Part shown: positions 1 through 13,450 of the stretch, one piece after another | Position numbering within the stretch: position 1 is the first letter of the stretch | Layout of the letters: each line of letters starts with the position of its first letter | Source: Eledone cirrhosa | Taxonomy: Eukaryota | NCBI GenBank assembly: GCA_964016885.1 | Contig: OZ024743.1 | Span: 64,356,001 to 64,420,000, forward strand | Length of the DNA stretch: 64,000 nucleotides | Direction of reading: 5' to 3' | Notes under the pieces: model-generated | The model's database searches: none | The model's input: only the letters and a program-made list of their open reading frames with translations | Told to the model about the DNA's origin: nothing | Made by a program: the position numbers and the translations under genes

Positions 1-15
1 AGATCAACCACCAGT

Positions 16-202
<187 letters not shown>

Positions 203-644
203 GTATGTGCTTGTATGTAAATGCCTGCTTAATGAAGAGGTAACTGTGTACGTATGTTTGTACATTGGTTTCCACGTATTTTTACTGAAGAGGATGTTGA
301 GGGTTACACGTACGTGTGGGGGTGTATGTTTGAATGTACATATGTATGTGTGTGTATGTCTGTGTATGTGTGTGTGCATATATATTTGTGTATATGTGTG
401 TATTTGTGTGTAGGTGTGTTTGTATTTGTGTCTGTATATATGTGTATTTGTGTGTGTGTGTCTGTGTGTGCGTGTATGTCTTTTAGATATAAACGCTTAG
501 GGTTTGTGTGAATATGTCTGTGTGTGTGTGTGTGTATGCGTATGTTTTTGTGTGTAGAATCACATGTGTTTCTTTTATTTGGAAACGGTTTGATGGTGTG
601 TATGTATGTACGTATGTACGTATGTACCTATGTATGTATGTATG

Positions 645-1248
645 TCAGGTCACCAGTTGGTGCTACTGGTAACATGTATCCCAGTACAACCTGTCTCATG
701 GTCGTGTCGTTGTCGACTAAACTGGCAACCCCACCAAGGTTTCTTGGTGAGGAGTGTGACTTTGGACATCCTGCAGGACTAAAAACAAAACCTGTCAAAA
801 GGCAAAGGAGCTCTTAAGAGTGAATGGCCATCCAAAATAACAGGGAGAGATGACCCCTTAGCTTTTGTCAAGGCAGAATTCTAGGAGAAACTCTGATATA
901 ACACCTGCAACTCTGATGGTATCCAATGATGTTGACTTGTTCTTCTTTTTGGTAAATATCATCTTGGTTAAGAGAGTGGGACTGGCTTTGTGCAGTGCCT
1001 TTGCTCACTATAAAAGCTTCACGGCATAGGCATTGCTTTATATCTGGAGATCTCTCTGCACTTGTCGTCACATGGTACCATGGGCCCAGCACTATGTGTC
1101 AATAATTGTCACAAGTGTAGTGTTTGTACCAGAGTTTTCAAGTCGCTGGCTGGACTAAAAAGTCACACTCGATCAGCGCATCGGTAGGGGTTCTCCTACA
1201 TGGATATAAAGTAGTGGCCGTACTCGAAAACGAGTTGGCAGCCACCAT
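645..1248 (-). mobile_element. Non-coding structured element flanked by (CATA)n; its 645-835 end is homologous to the module at 62571-62768 and 63529-63726
   Basis: Shared GGTCAC..GTGCTACTGGTAACATGTA.CCCAGTACAACCTGT..CATGGTC..GGCAACCCCACCA; TATG repeats on both sides; strand inferred from flank polarity. Confidence 0.6.
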
Positions 1249-1327
1249 GTATGTACGTATGTACGTATGTACGTATGTACGTATGTACGTATGTATGGTA
1301 TGTATGTATGTACGTATGTATGTATGT

Positions 1328-3748
1328 TCTTCTGGTTTTATAATTTCACAAATTTTTTCCACTAGAGAGAGAGAGTCGGTTTCTAACATAGACACAAGAC
1401 TCTCTCATTGGTATTTACACAACATCAACTAGGTAGATTATGTATGCATGCATGCATGTGTAGATATGGGTGTTATTGTATGTGTATGTTTTGAGTTGTA
1501 TGTGTATATGCTTTGCATCTGTACATATGTATATGCAGTTATTAGATGCAACATTTTTGGAATGTTTCACATATTGTTACTGTTCCATTAATGGATTGTA
1601 CTTGTAATTTTCTAACTATTTGTATTCTTTCTGTTCCTGTGAAGCCTAGCTTCTCAAGATTTGTATTGAGGCAGTTACTAATATACTCCAGTGCCCCCAA
1701 TAATCACAGGCATAAATCTGAAGGTGTAATCAGGGTAGAGTATCTGTAGATTTCTCATCAGTTCTACATAAATATTCCCTTTTTAGCTAATCTTTGATAT
1801 TATATTGGCATCTGCTGGGCAGCTAATTTCCACTACTCTGCATGCTTTCTTCTTCCTGTCCCATATCATAATATCTGGTCTGTTATGCCTGCATTTTATT
1901 GGGGATTTTACTGGAACATTCCACCAGTACTCTTTCATATTATGCACGTGGATGTCTTCCACATTGCTGTAGCTTTTAATGTGTTTATTATCGGGGCTAT
2001 CCTTTTTACGAACTGCATTGTACAGTGTTTTAGCCACTACATCATGCCTCATGGGTAGATAGTACCGCGATGACATCTTTGGACAGCTGCTGATGATATG
2101 GGTGACATCCTCGATATTAGTTCTGCAGAGTCTGCACTTGTTATCACATCTAGGTGTTTTTCCTGCATCCCTATCTCTTTTGTGAATCAGGTATTTCGTG
2201 TTAATCTCCTGTCCTTGGATTTCAAAAGCGTATTCTTCAAAGTGGGAGCTAATATAGCGGTTGTTGGTCCAAGATAGACTACTTTCCTTATCTACACTAC
2301 TCTCACTCTGGAGCTTCCTGGCAACATATCAATGCATAATTTTTTGCTGATAAGCATGCAGTTTTTCATCTATGGGTTCACTGCGATACTAATGAGCGAC
2401 TTCCCTGGGTGTGAGGTTTTGATTATCGCACAGGGAATATCTCTCGAGGAGTTACTTCCCAACTCTCATGATCTTATCTGTTTCATGCAGATAGACTTGC
2501 TCGAGACACGAGCTCATACGCTTCGAGGTTCGTAGATGTTGTCGGAGGGATATGATGCGACATTCAAATGCTGTCTGGACTGATGTTAGGCTTCTGCCTC
2601 CCTGCTTACGTTTCAAGTAAAGGCGGTCTATGTCACTGTTGATGTGGAAGTTTCTGGTGTTGTTTAGTATTTTTTGAGTTCCAACATCAATCGCTCGGAT
2701 TTCGTCTCTCGTCCAATTGAGTATTCCAAAAGTTGGTGTTAGGACAGGCACAGCAAACACATTGCGAGCCACTGTTTTGTTTTGCGCAGAGAGTTCCGAT
2801 GACCAAATCTTTCTTAATTGGGTGTAGTATTCCCTGGTTACGCGTTCCTTATTACAGATACCATTATAGGATATGTTCTCATCTATCCCCAGGTATATGT
2901 AGCAGTCCTCATCAGATATCGGTGAAACAGTTAGGCCATTGATGACAATGTTGCTAGATTGGGTTGTTGTTTTTCTCCGCTTTACAGTTATGTATGAGCA
3001 TTTATCTTCGCCAAACTCCATTCCTATATCCTTTGAGAACGTTGTAACCAGATTAAGATTTGTCTTCATCCCATCCATGTTCTTGGCATAGAGTTTCAGA
3101 TCGTCCATGGGTTAGGTTCGTATTTCTGCCCTCCTGTGATCCAATGATGTATCCCTCACATTTCTTGAGCAGAAAGGACAAGGGGTTTAATGACAAGATG
3201 AATAATATCACACAGAGACTGTCCTCCTGAAATATACCCCTGCGATATTTTATTTTATCAGTGAAAATAGAGTCCTCCCTCTCTGTCTTTAACCTTAGGA
3301 TAGTAGCCCAAGAAGAAGACAGCCTCTCTATGGCTCTGACAATAATGTCTGGGACTTTAGCAAGTTGGAGGGCCTCTATCATCCAAGAGTGGAGAACAGA
3401 ATCGAAAGCTTTCCTGCCAGACTCTAGCCATATTCCTCCTAAGTTGTCGCACCTCCGACATCACAGTTTTGTTGATTAGGAGTTGTTCAGCACATCCCCA
3501 AAACCCTTTCTTTCCAGCTGCTTGTTCATCTGTGTTGATGTTATTATTTTCACAGTGATCTGGGAGGAATAGGTTCAGGCAGGCTGTATACATCTTATGC
3601 ATTAGGTCCTGGCATGCAATGGGTCGGTAGTTCTTTTGCCAAGTGTTCTTGGGGACCAGTAATGTTTGTGCTAATGTCAACCATTCTGGTATAAGTGTAT
3701 CTCCCCTAAGAACTTGTTGGTAGAGGTCAGTAACATACCTCCGATAGA
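1328..3748 (-). mobile_element. 5'-truncated, decayed RLE non-LTR retrotransposon (R4/Dong-like) in a (CATA)n tract
   Basis: RT motifs NYRPIAC, EQAAGKKG, RRGIFQEDSL, MDDLKLY, DIDRLYLKRKQGGR; CCHC knuckle; RHD..HNRPDI..VEISCP endonuclease; TATG-type repeats at both junctions. Confidence 0.92.
1542..3745 (-). pseudogene. Frameshifted RT + zinc knuckle + restriction-like endonuclease ORF
   Basis: Consecutive ORF pieces 3357-3745, 3053-3382, 2452-3108 and 1783-2076, with the C-terminus ending at a stop near 1542-1544. Confidence 0.88.
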
Positions 3749-4037
3749 ATGTATGTACGTACGTATGTATGTATTCATGTACGTATGTGTGTATGTATGT
3801 ATGTATGTATGTGTGTGTATGTATGTGTGTGTGTACGTATGTATGTGTATATATGTATGTATGTATGTGTATGTATGTATGTGTGTGTGTACGTATGTAT
3901 GTGTATGTGTATGTATGTATGTGTGTGTGTAGGTATGTCATTTAACTGTAAGTAGTTAGGGTGTGTGTGCATATATATTTGTCTATTTTGTGTTGGGTGT
4001 GTATGTTAGCTATACACTGTTACTGTGTGTGTGCGTT

Positions 4038-4074
<37 letters not shown>

Positions 4075-4385
4075 GTTTTGTTCGCTATTGTTAAGGTTAA
4101 AAGCCAGACAAAATACCTAACAGTATTTTATTACCTAAGTTGTGAGTTCAAATCCCGCATTGTTCGGGGGGTCGATAAAATAATGTTCAAGTCATATTTT
4201 GTGATCGATTTAATCGATTATTACCTCTTCCAAAAGGTCGACGAATTCGCAGAATCGTTAGGTGGTCTCATTAAAACCACCTCGGTATTTGTTCCGGCAC
4301 CCTGGTTTCAAATCACACTGAAGTCAGCTTTGCCTTTCACCTTTTGATGAGCAGTAAATAAAATATCATTATAGTTCCTCCACTA

Positions 4386-4425
<40 letters not shown>

Positions 4426-4568
4426 GATCCCCCTCTACCTCTCTCTATCTCTCTCTCTATATATTTCTCTCACTCTCCCTATCTCTCTCACACTCCTCCT
4501 CCTCTACCCCCTCTCTCTCTCGCTCTCTCTCTCTCTGTTAGGGTCTGTATGAGTGTGGATCTCTCCCC

Positions 4569-4606
<38 letters not shown>

Positions 4607-4621
4607 TTCCCTCTCTCTCTC

Positions 4622-4689
<68 letters not shown>

Positions 4690-5135
4690 ACACACACACA
4701 CACGCATAGTTGTGTTCAGACTTGGAATGTGATAGGCTCTGCCAGGCTTAAAATACCCAAGACATGTATTTCCTGTCGGCGCCCCTACCTCATCATTATG
4801 ACTTAAGTGTCCTTTATCCATGTTACCTTCTCGCAAAAGGTGTGGATTTGCGTGTAAATTAGAAATCAATATATTTTATCTCAGCATATCTGAATACTCA
4901 TTGATTCAGTTTAGTTAGTCATGTCATATTAGAGTCGATAGCAACACCCTACTTGATCAGGGCAGGCTTAGGGCTAAACATCAACTTTATTAGAAGAGAG
5001 CCAATGAGAGAGTTTCTATGTGGTCGTTCATCATGGTAGAAACAACAGCTAAGTCTCCTTCAAACCATATATCCCCCCCCCCCCCTCACAAATACAGGCT
5101 TCACTCGACTTGACGATTTGGCCTGAGCATATAAA

Positions 5136-5304
5136 CCGTATTTCCCAGCGCCGACGACGCTTCGTCCTCGAGGGACGCACCCTATTTTTTGACAACCAAA
5201 AATTTGAAAAAAAAATAATAAACAACTTCGGTCTCCAGGACGCATGGTAGATTTTGGTGACTTATTTTGGGAAAAATAAGCGTCTTCGACGCCGGGAAAT
5301 ACGG
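5136..5304. mobile_element. MITE, Tc1/mariner-pogo type
   Basis: ~27-bp TIRs CCGTATTTCCCAGCGCCGACGACGCTT / AAGCGTCTTCGACGCCGGGAAATACGG, followed by TA. Confidence 0.75.
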
Positions 5305-5960
5305 TACGTATGGACCCGTAACTCTTGGTGGAATCGTATGGAATCCTTAGTGACATTTTGAAGCTGGTGGAGCCCACCCCCTCTCCACGTCTGAACACAG
5401 TCACGTACTGGAATCAATTTAATCGGCTTTCTCTTCATCAAAATTGCTGGCCTTGTGTCTAAAGTAGACATCTTTATTTCTTTGTTTAGAGATTTCCGTC
5501 CTCAGAAGGGTGAAAGGCAAAGTTGACCTCGGCAGTATTTGAACTCAAAACGTAATGCAATATAAATAAATGTTCGCAAAACATTTTGTCCGACGTTCTA
5601 ACGATTCTGCCAGTCGATGTGAAAGTTGTTCTTGGTGTTTAACCCCAGGTCAGTTCTAATTAAACAGAACTATGAACAAAAATGCATTGTATCCGTGGCC
5701 ATCCCGTTTCTTTTCCTATTTTTCTGATAACAATGTATCTAGAATCACATCATCAAAGGGGTGTATGGTTAAAATGGTGATTATCTTTGATTCAACAGTA
5801 GCTGGGGAGGGTGAATAGTCATCGAAAAGTATCCTGCAAAGTAACTTGTAAATATTCAATGTTTTCTTTATGTGTATATTTAAAGTCCATTATTTCTGTG
5901 TTTTTAATTCACAAATTCACTGATTATTTGTTGAGCCGTTATACATTCTCAGAAATTAAA

Positions 5961-6019
<59 letters not shown>

Positions 6020-6110
6020 TATAGCTCCCAACAAATGCCATATACGGCGCCCCTACGACTCTATCATATATATATACAGAAATGGGTTAGGCCAATTCTG
6101 TATTAAATAT

Positions 6111-6146
<36 letters not shown>

Positions 6147-6284
6147 AACAGAATTAAATTACTTTAAATTGCATTAAATTATTTAATTGATTTACGAACG
6201 TTTCAATCAATACACTTGGAAAATACATTACTGCTCTATTGATTTCTTGAGAACCCATTAAACAACGTTTGTAAATCAATTAGA

Positions 6285-6962
6285 TCTTAACTATAATAAA
6301 GAAAGGAGTGCGGGATTGCGTCCAGAATATATATTTTTACCCCGTTTGTAAAATAAGTTGGACTACTTTAGGCACAAGGCCAGCAATTACCCAGTACATT
6401 ACTGGTACTTTATTTTATCGACCCTGTAAGGATGAAAGGCAAAGTTAACCTCGGTGGGATTTGAACTCGAACTGTAAAGGGACGTAACTATGCTAGAAAG
6501 CATGGTGTCTGACGCTCTACCGATTCTGCCAATCTACCATGAATAAATAATGAATGAATATTACATAATTTATGTGCTAAATTTCGTGGCTGTTGATTAA
6601 ATATATTTTATAGCTTATTTAAAGACCTTTAAAATTCACTTCTTTAAAATTATCAAATGTCAACACTTCCGGTTAGCGGCCGTTATATTATAACACTTAT
6701 AAAAATATCGCATATATTTCCGTCGCTAATTTTCTCCTAATACAGTTTATATATAATATCGTCTTTTTTATAATGTATCATGGATTACGTTACTGATTAC
6801 AGAAGACAGTGTAACATAGACTTCGTTCAATTTCTGTGTATATTGTCAATTACGATTTTATTTGATGTATCATATCTACATGCATATATACTTGCATAAA
6901 ATATCAATATACACACTACACATGCTAGCAGAAAACCACCCGTAGGTTGGTTTTTCTGCTAG
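6285..6962 (+). mobile_element. Non-autonomous Helitron (family A) carrying a nested SINE
   Basis: A|TC start, 3' hairpin and CTAG|T end; homologous to 9749-10239. Confidence 0.75.
6370..6540 (-). mobile_element. tRNA-derived SINE nested in the Helitron
   Basis: Reverse complement of the window's main SINE; absent from the 9749-10239 copy. Confidence 0.85.
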
Positions 6963-7319
6963 TAGATAATTTAATGTAATTTAGTCCTGGTTATTTTTAT
7001 TTATCATATATATATTCTCAGTGATGTTGTAAAACTACCGTGATTGGAGATTTACCGATGGATCAAATTTGAACTGTCTTATACCTATATCAGATGAAAT
7101 TATATTTTAGCTTGCAATGTTTACTTTAACCTGTTTAACTCCGCATATATTTTACACAGCTACAGTTGCTGTGACGGTTTTTTTTTTAAATGTAAAATGA
7201 CTATTTTTTAAATAAACATTTATTAACCACACATATATCTGAATGATTGACAAATGTTACATCAATAAACTAGTAACCCCATCTGACTTTGAAGTTATGA
7301 ACTGTTGGAAAAGAGTTCA

Positions 7320-7494
7320 AACATGTTAGGACGAGTTATCTCGTCTGTGGCACTGGAATATAAACATATTAGGACGAGTTATCTCGTCCGTGGCACTGAA
7401 ATGTATACATGTTAGGACGAGTTATCTCGTCTGTGGCACTGGAATATATACATATTAGGACGAGTTATCTCGTCTACGGCACAGAAGAGGTTAA
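7320..7494. repeat. Four ~42-bp tandem units with palindromic core GACGAGTTATCTCGTC, ending AAGAGG-TTAA (possible piggyBac-type MITE end)
   Basis: Tandem units visible; weak left end TTAA-CCTGTT near 7126. Confidence 0.6.
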
Positions 7495-8542
7495 ATATAC
7501 TGTAAATTTTTACACCTAAATACGATTTTGAAAACCATGAAGCTCTACAAATTAAAGGTTTTAGCCTATATAGTATTTTAGCTATTTAAGGTGTAATATG
7601 ACTGAAATATTTTTAGTCTCTTATATATAAACAATATATAATATAGGCTAAAAACTGTGTATATATATCAATCAGGATGGATTCTGTTTGAAACTAGTTA
7701 AACCATTACTCAACAGAGTAGTCTGGAACTAGCTGTTGAAACAACAAGGGCTCAGCCGCCAGGTGCCGAGTCTTTATAATACATAATAACTTGTATGTTA
7801 AATTCTATGTAATTTCGCTAACTTAATAATTTTCTGTAAATATTTTCAATTTTTGATGAAACTATTTGAATGTACAAAATATTCTTCTCTTAAAATTTGA
7901 ACTACGTCTTTTTTCTTAACTATTATTTAAACATATTTAAAATGTAAACTCAACATCCTTCGTAACTTATATTAGAAATGTAAATAAATTAATACGTGTG
8001 TTATATATCTAAAATAAATAACAGCATATAATCACCAATAATATTTATATTTATATATTTATTAATCTATATAGATATTTATATACTTACAACCTGTTGT
8101 AATATAAGATAAAAATGTACTTACAACCATAATTCTTCATATAATCTAATTATAATGATTATATATATAATATTATAACTCATGATTTAGTTAAATTTTT
8201 TTTAAATTCTGGATTGATATTCCACCACTTCAACAAACTTTTAATTTTTAACGTTTCAATTTTTAAATTCATGTACACTGTAAAACTATAAATATAAGCG
8301 TCTCTTTCTTCTTCCCACATATATATATCCTAATAATTATTTAAATCTACCTAGCGTCTAAAAATAACGATTTTTTTCAGCCCTACGCTTCAACTTCATT
8401 TGCATAGTCATCAAAATAATTTGAAATATTTGTTTTTTCCTTTCTTCCCCTTTTCCCACCTTCCTTTCACTATCCAGACGGAACTTGAACCGTTAAGGTC
8501 TGATTCTTGGGTATGTTACTATTTATAAAACAAACTTTGTAT

Positions 8543-8600
8543 TTTATCTGATGAGAGCGTACCAAAGTTTTTGGTACCCTTGAAATATATATATAATAGA
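8543..8600 (+). ncRNA. Type I hammerhead ribozyme motif
   Basis: TTTAT-CTGATGA-GAGCGTACCA..TGGTACCCTT-GAAA-TATATATA-TA-ATAGA; core-mutated inverted paralogue near 22047-22103. Confidence 0.7.
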
Positions 8601-9199
8601 ATAAATATGGTTTTATAAATATAGTTTCCATTTATTAATATCATTTATCTATATATTAATTTCAACAATGTCAGTATTCCGTGTGTCATAATTCTCGATT
8701 ATCATTGGTTCATAGGTTTCAAATGACTCCGCCCACCTCAACGACGCCAAACTTAAATTAATATGCATAATGCCAATGAGGGAGTGAGAGGGGAGAGTAA
8801 GAAACAGAGAGGCAAAGTGAACGCTGTGTTGGATACACTATGTATGTGTCTCTACATGTGTGTGTGTAATGTATGTGGAAATAAGAGGGGAAGGAAAGCA
8901 ATGACTATTAACATGTGTGCGTGTGTATGTACGTGCGCGTATGTTTATGTGTGTGTGCGTGCGTGCAGCGTTCCACAGAAAGTAAAAACTATCAACATGT
9001 GTGAGTGTGTGCATGTGTGTAAGTGCACGGGTGCGTGTGCGCGTTTCCATGCGTGTATGTGTGTGTACATGCGGCGTTCCACAATCTCCACGCAGTTTAT
9101 CTGTCTGTGTGCCTGTCTTTCGGTCTAACATACAGAGAGTTGTGAAGGGAGTAAATAGGAACCTTTTTTTACATTGACGGACATCTTTTATATTAAATA

Positions 9200-9558
9200 T
9201 CTATATCTATATCGACATATAGTATAAAAGATTAGAACTTCCATCATCCTTTTGAGAAACGTGGAACAACCACGTCTATGCAATGATACACGTTTTACAG
9301 TCAGGCAGAAGATGAACCATCTCCTACAGGTCACTATTCTAGGTTGGAGCACCTAGAATTGTTCATATACTATGCACAAACGGTACAACGAAGAATCTGG
9401 TATATCGGGAAGATTTTTTTTACTGTTTTTTGTATCACACAGACACCACGGACGCGCCTCATACTGTAACCAGACAAACATCCAATACAATCATTTTCTC
9501 TTTTACCTGTCTTCTCTTATCATCTGTTTACCCGGGCGAAGCTGGGTACGTTAGCTAG
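9200..9558 (+). mobile_element. Non-autonomous Helitron (family B)
   Basis: ATCTATATC start; hairpin ACCCGGGCGAAGCTGGGT, then CTAG|T. Confidence 0.7.
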
Positions 9559-9644
9559 TGTATATATATATATATATACAGTATGAAATGTCTGATTTCA
9601 ATTTGAAAGTGCGTTAAGAAATCGGACATTTCATAATTAATGAC

Positions 9645-9696
<52 letters not shown>

Positions 9697-9697
9697 A

Positions 9698-9732
<35 letters not shown>

Positions 9733-9748
9733 AGTATATATGTTAATA

Positions 9749-10239
9749 TATTAACTATAATAAAGAAACGAGTGCGGGACTGCGTCCAGAATATATCTTT
9801 TATTCCGTTTGTAAAATAAATTGGATTATTTTGAATTAATAATGAATGAATATTACATAATTTATCTACTAAATTTCGTTATCCTTGATTAAATATAAAT
9901 AATTTTATTGCTTATTTTAAGATACACTTCTTTAAAATGTTCAAATGTCAACACTTCCGGTTAGCGATCGCTTATAAAAACATCACATATATTTCCGTCA
10001 TTAATTTTTTTTCTAATGCAGTTTATATATAGTATCGTCTTTTTTTAAATGTATCATGGATTACTTTACTGGTTACAGAAGATAGTGTAACATAGACTTC
10101 GTTCAATTTCTGTGTATATTGTCAAGTACGATTTCATTTGATGTATGATATCTACATGTATATATACTTGCATGAAATATCAATATGGACACTACACATG
10201 CTAGCAGAAAAACCACCTTTCTGGTGGTTTTTCTGCTAG
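9749..10239 (+). mobile_element. Non-autonomous Helitron (family A, second copy)
   Basis: Collinear with 6285-6962; ends CTAGCAGAAAAACCACC-TTTCT-GGTGGTTTTTCTGCTAG|T. Confidence 0.75.
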
Positions 10240-10873
10240 TATATATAAGGATATAAGGTAATTGTTGTTGTTATATCCAAATAGTCTGTCCACCATCAAC
10301 AACGACGATACAGTTGTATATAAGAAGACCAGACTAGGCAACACAACACAGTTTAACGACAGTAGTTACTAGGGGAGAACAAGAACAAATAAAACCCCAT
10401 AGATGCCATCATTATTATCGTCATTATCGTCACCATCACCATCACCATCACCATCATTATTATCGTCCCGCCGCGGTTAACTTTGCCGTTCATCCTCACG
10501 GGGTCGATAAAATAAAGTACCAGTAATGCACTGGTAAATTGCTGGCCTTGTGCCAAAAGTAGAAACAATTATCATTGTCATCATTAACATCATTATCATC
10601 GTCGCCTTCATCATCATCATCATCGTCACCATCAATCCCCATTATCATCACCATCATAATCACCATCATCACCATAATTATCACCATCATCATCATCATC
10701 AACATCACCCACATTGCCGTCGTGATCATTCATAATCATCAAACCGATCCTCTTCCTGCTCCCCCTCCTCTTCTTCCTTCTCTTCCTGCTCCCCCTCCTC
10801 CTCCTCCTCATCCTCCTATTCCTCCTCCTCCTCCTCCTCCTCCTCCTCCTCCTCCTCCTCCTCCTCCTCCTCC

Positions 10874-10907
<34 letters not shown>

Positions 10908-11019
10908 TTTTTTTTTGTTAATCGCCGTTGCCGCAGTCCTCGTCATTGATATCTTTCATTATATTATATATTTATTGTTAGTTGTTGTTAGTTGTTGTTG
11001 TTGCTGTTGTTGTTGCTGC

Positions 11020-11051
<32 letters not shown>

Positions 11052-11244
11052 TTGCTGTTGTTGTTGTTGTTGCTGCTGCTGTTCACTTTTACGAGCAAAG
11101 ACAGTATCTGGCTGGAAGCGGCACTCGGGCTGTTTTACGTTTCTTCTGTTTCTCCCGCCACCCCACCCTGCTTGTTATAAACAGCCATGGGGGCCATATG
11201 GTGACTGCAACTGTTCGTAGTGACCTAACATACAAGACACCACA

Positions 11245-12757
11245 ACAGTAACAACAACAACAACAAAAACAATAACAGTCACAACAAGAGTCACAACAAC
11301 AACAGTAACAGCAACAGCAACAACAACAGTAACAACAGTAACAACAACAGTAACAACAACAGTAACAACAACAGTAACAACAACAGTAACAACAGTAACA
11401 ACAACAGTAACAACAACAGTAACAACAACAATAACAACAGTAACAGCAACAGCAACAACAACAGTAACAACAGTAACAACAACAGTAACAACAACAGTAA
11501 CAACAACAGTAACAACAACAGCAACAACAACAGTAACAACAGTAACAACAACAGTAACAACAACAGTAACAACAACAACAGTAACAACAACAGTAACAAC
11601 AACAGTAACAACAACAGTAACAATAGTAACAACAACAGTAACAACAACAGTAACAACAACAACAGTAACAACAACAGTAACAACAACAGTAACAACAACA
11701 GTAACAATAGTAACAACAACAGTAACAACAACAGTAACAACAACAACAGTAACAACAACAGTAACAACAACAACAACAACAGTAACAACAACAGTAACAA
11801 CAACAACAACAGTAACAACAACAGTAACAGCAACAGTAACAACAACAGTAACAACAACAGTAACAACAACAACAACAACAGTAATAACAACAGTAATAAC
11901 AACAGTAATAACAACAACAACAACAGTAACAACAACAGTAACAACAACAGTAACAACAACAACAACAACAGTAACAACAGTAACAACAGTAACAACAACA
12001 GTAATAACAACAACAACAACAGTAACAACAACAACAACAGTAACAACAACAGTAACAACAACAACAACAACAGTAACAACAACAGTAACAACAGTAACAA
12101 CAACAGTAACAACAACAGTAACAACAACAGTAACAACAACAGTAATAACAACAGTAACAACAACAGTAACAACAACAACAACAACAACAGTAACAACAAC
12201 AGTAACAACAACAGTAACAACAACAACAACAACAGTAACAACAACAGTAACAACAACAGTAACAACAATAGTAACAACAACAACAGTAACAACAACAACA
12301 ACAGTAACAACAACAGTAACAACAACAGTAACAACAACAACAGCAGTAACAACAACAGGAACAACGACAGTAACAACAACAGCAACAACAACAGTAACAA
12401 CAACAGTAACAACAACAGTAACAACAACAGTAACAACAACAACAGCACTAACAACAACAGTAACAACAACAGTAACAACAACAACAGCAGTAACAACAAC
12501 AGGAACAACGACAGTAACAACAGCAACAACAACAGCAACAACAACAGTAACAACAACAGTAACAACAACAACAGTAACAACAACAAGAACAACGACAGTA
12601 ACAACAGCAACAACAACAGTAACAACAACAGTAACAACAACAGGAATAAGAGTAACAACTGTAACAACATCAAAAACATCAGTAACAACAATAACAATAA
12701 CAAGAGCAACTTCGACAAATGTAATAGCGACAACAAGAACAACAGTAATAACAGCAA

Positions 12758-12801
<44 letters not shown>

Positions 12802-12860
12802 ACAGCAACAACAGCAACAACACTAATAACAACAACAGTAATAACAGCAAAAACAACAAC
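11245..12860. repeat. (AAC)n/AGT compound trinucleotide satellite
   Basis: Directly visible; gives the poly-V and poly-L ORFs. Confidence 0.95.
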
Positions 12861-12964
12861 ATGAACGAACAGCAAAAAAAAAACATTTCGTTCAATTTAA
12901 CGTTAAAAGAGTATATTATATTTGCAGTTAAACTTCAAACAAGACGTCATTCCTTTCAGCTGTT

Positions 12965-12996
<32 letters not shown>

Positions 12997-13006
12997 TTAT
13001 ACACAT

Positions 13007-13047
<41 letters not shown>

Positions 13048-13377
13048 AACACACACATATATATATATATACACATACACACACATACATACATACACAC
13101 ATATATACCTATATAGAAATATACACACACACATATATATATATATATACACACACACACATACACACACATACATACACACACACACACACATATATAT
13201 ATATGTGTGTGTGTGTGTAAGTGTGTGTGTTTCATAAAAATGTCAACTTCTAAATTAAATATATATGTACCTTCTCTGCAAATATATTGAGTACTATATT
13301 TAACTGTAGTTCACTTCCGTTCTTCTTTACCCCCCTCCCCTGTTCCTTCTATTTACACCCCACTCTCTCTACCCTCA

Positions 13378-13450
<73 letters not shown>

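Noticed and set aside
7320-7482. CRISPR-like palindromic short repeats
   Set aside because: The intervening sequence is also repeated, so this is a minisatellite, probably within a MITE.
11175-12895. 566-aa and 534-aa ORFs
   Set aside because: Poly-V/T and poly-L translations of an (AAC)n satellite.
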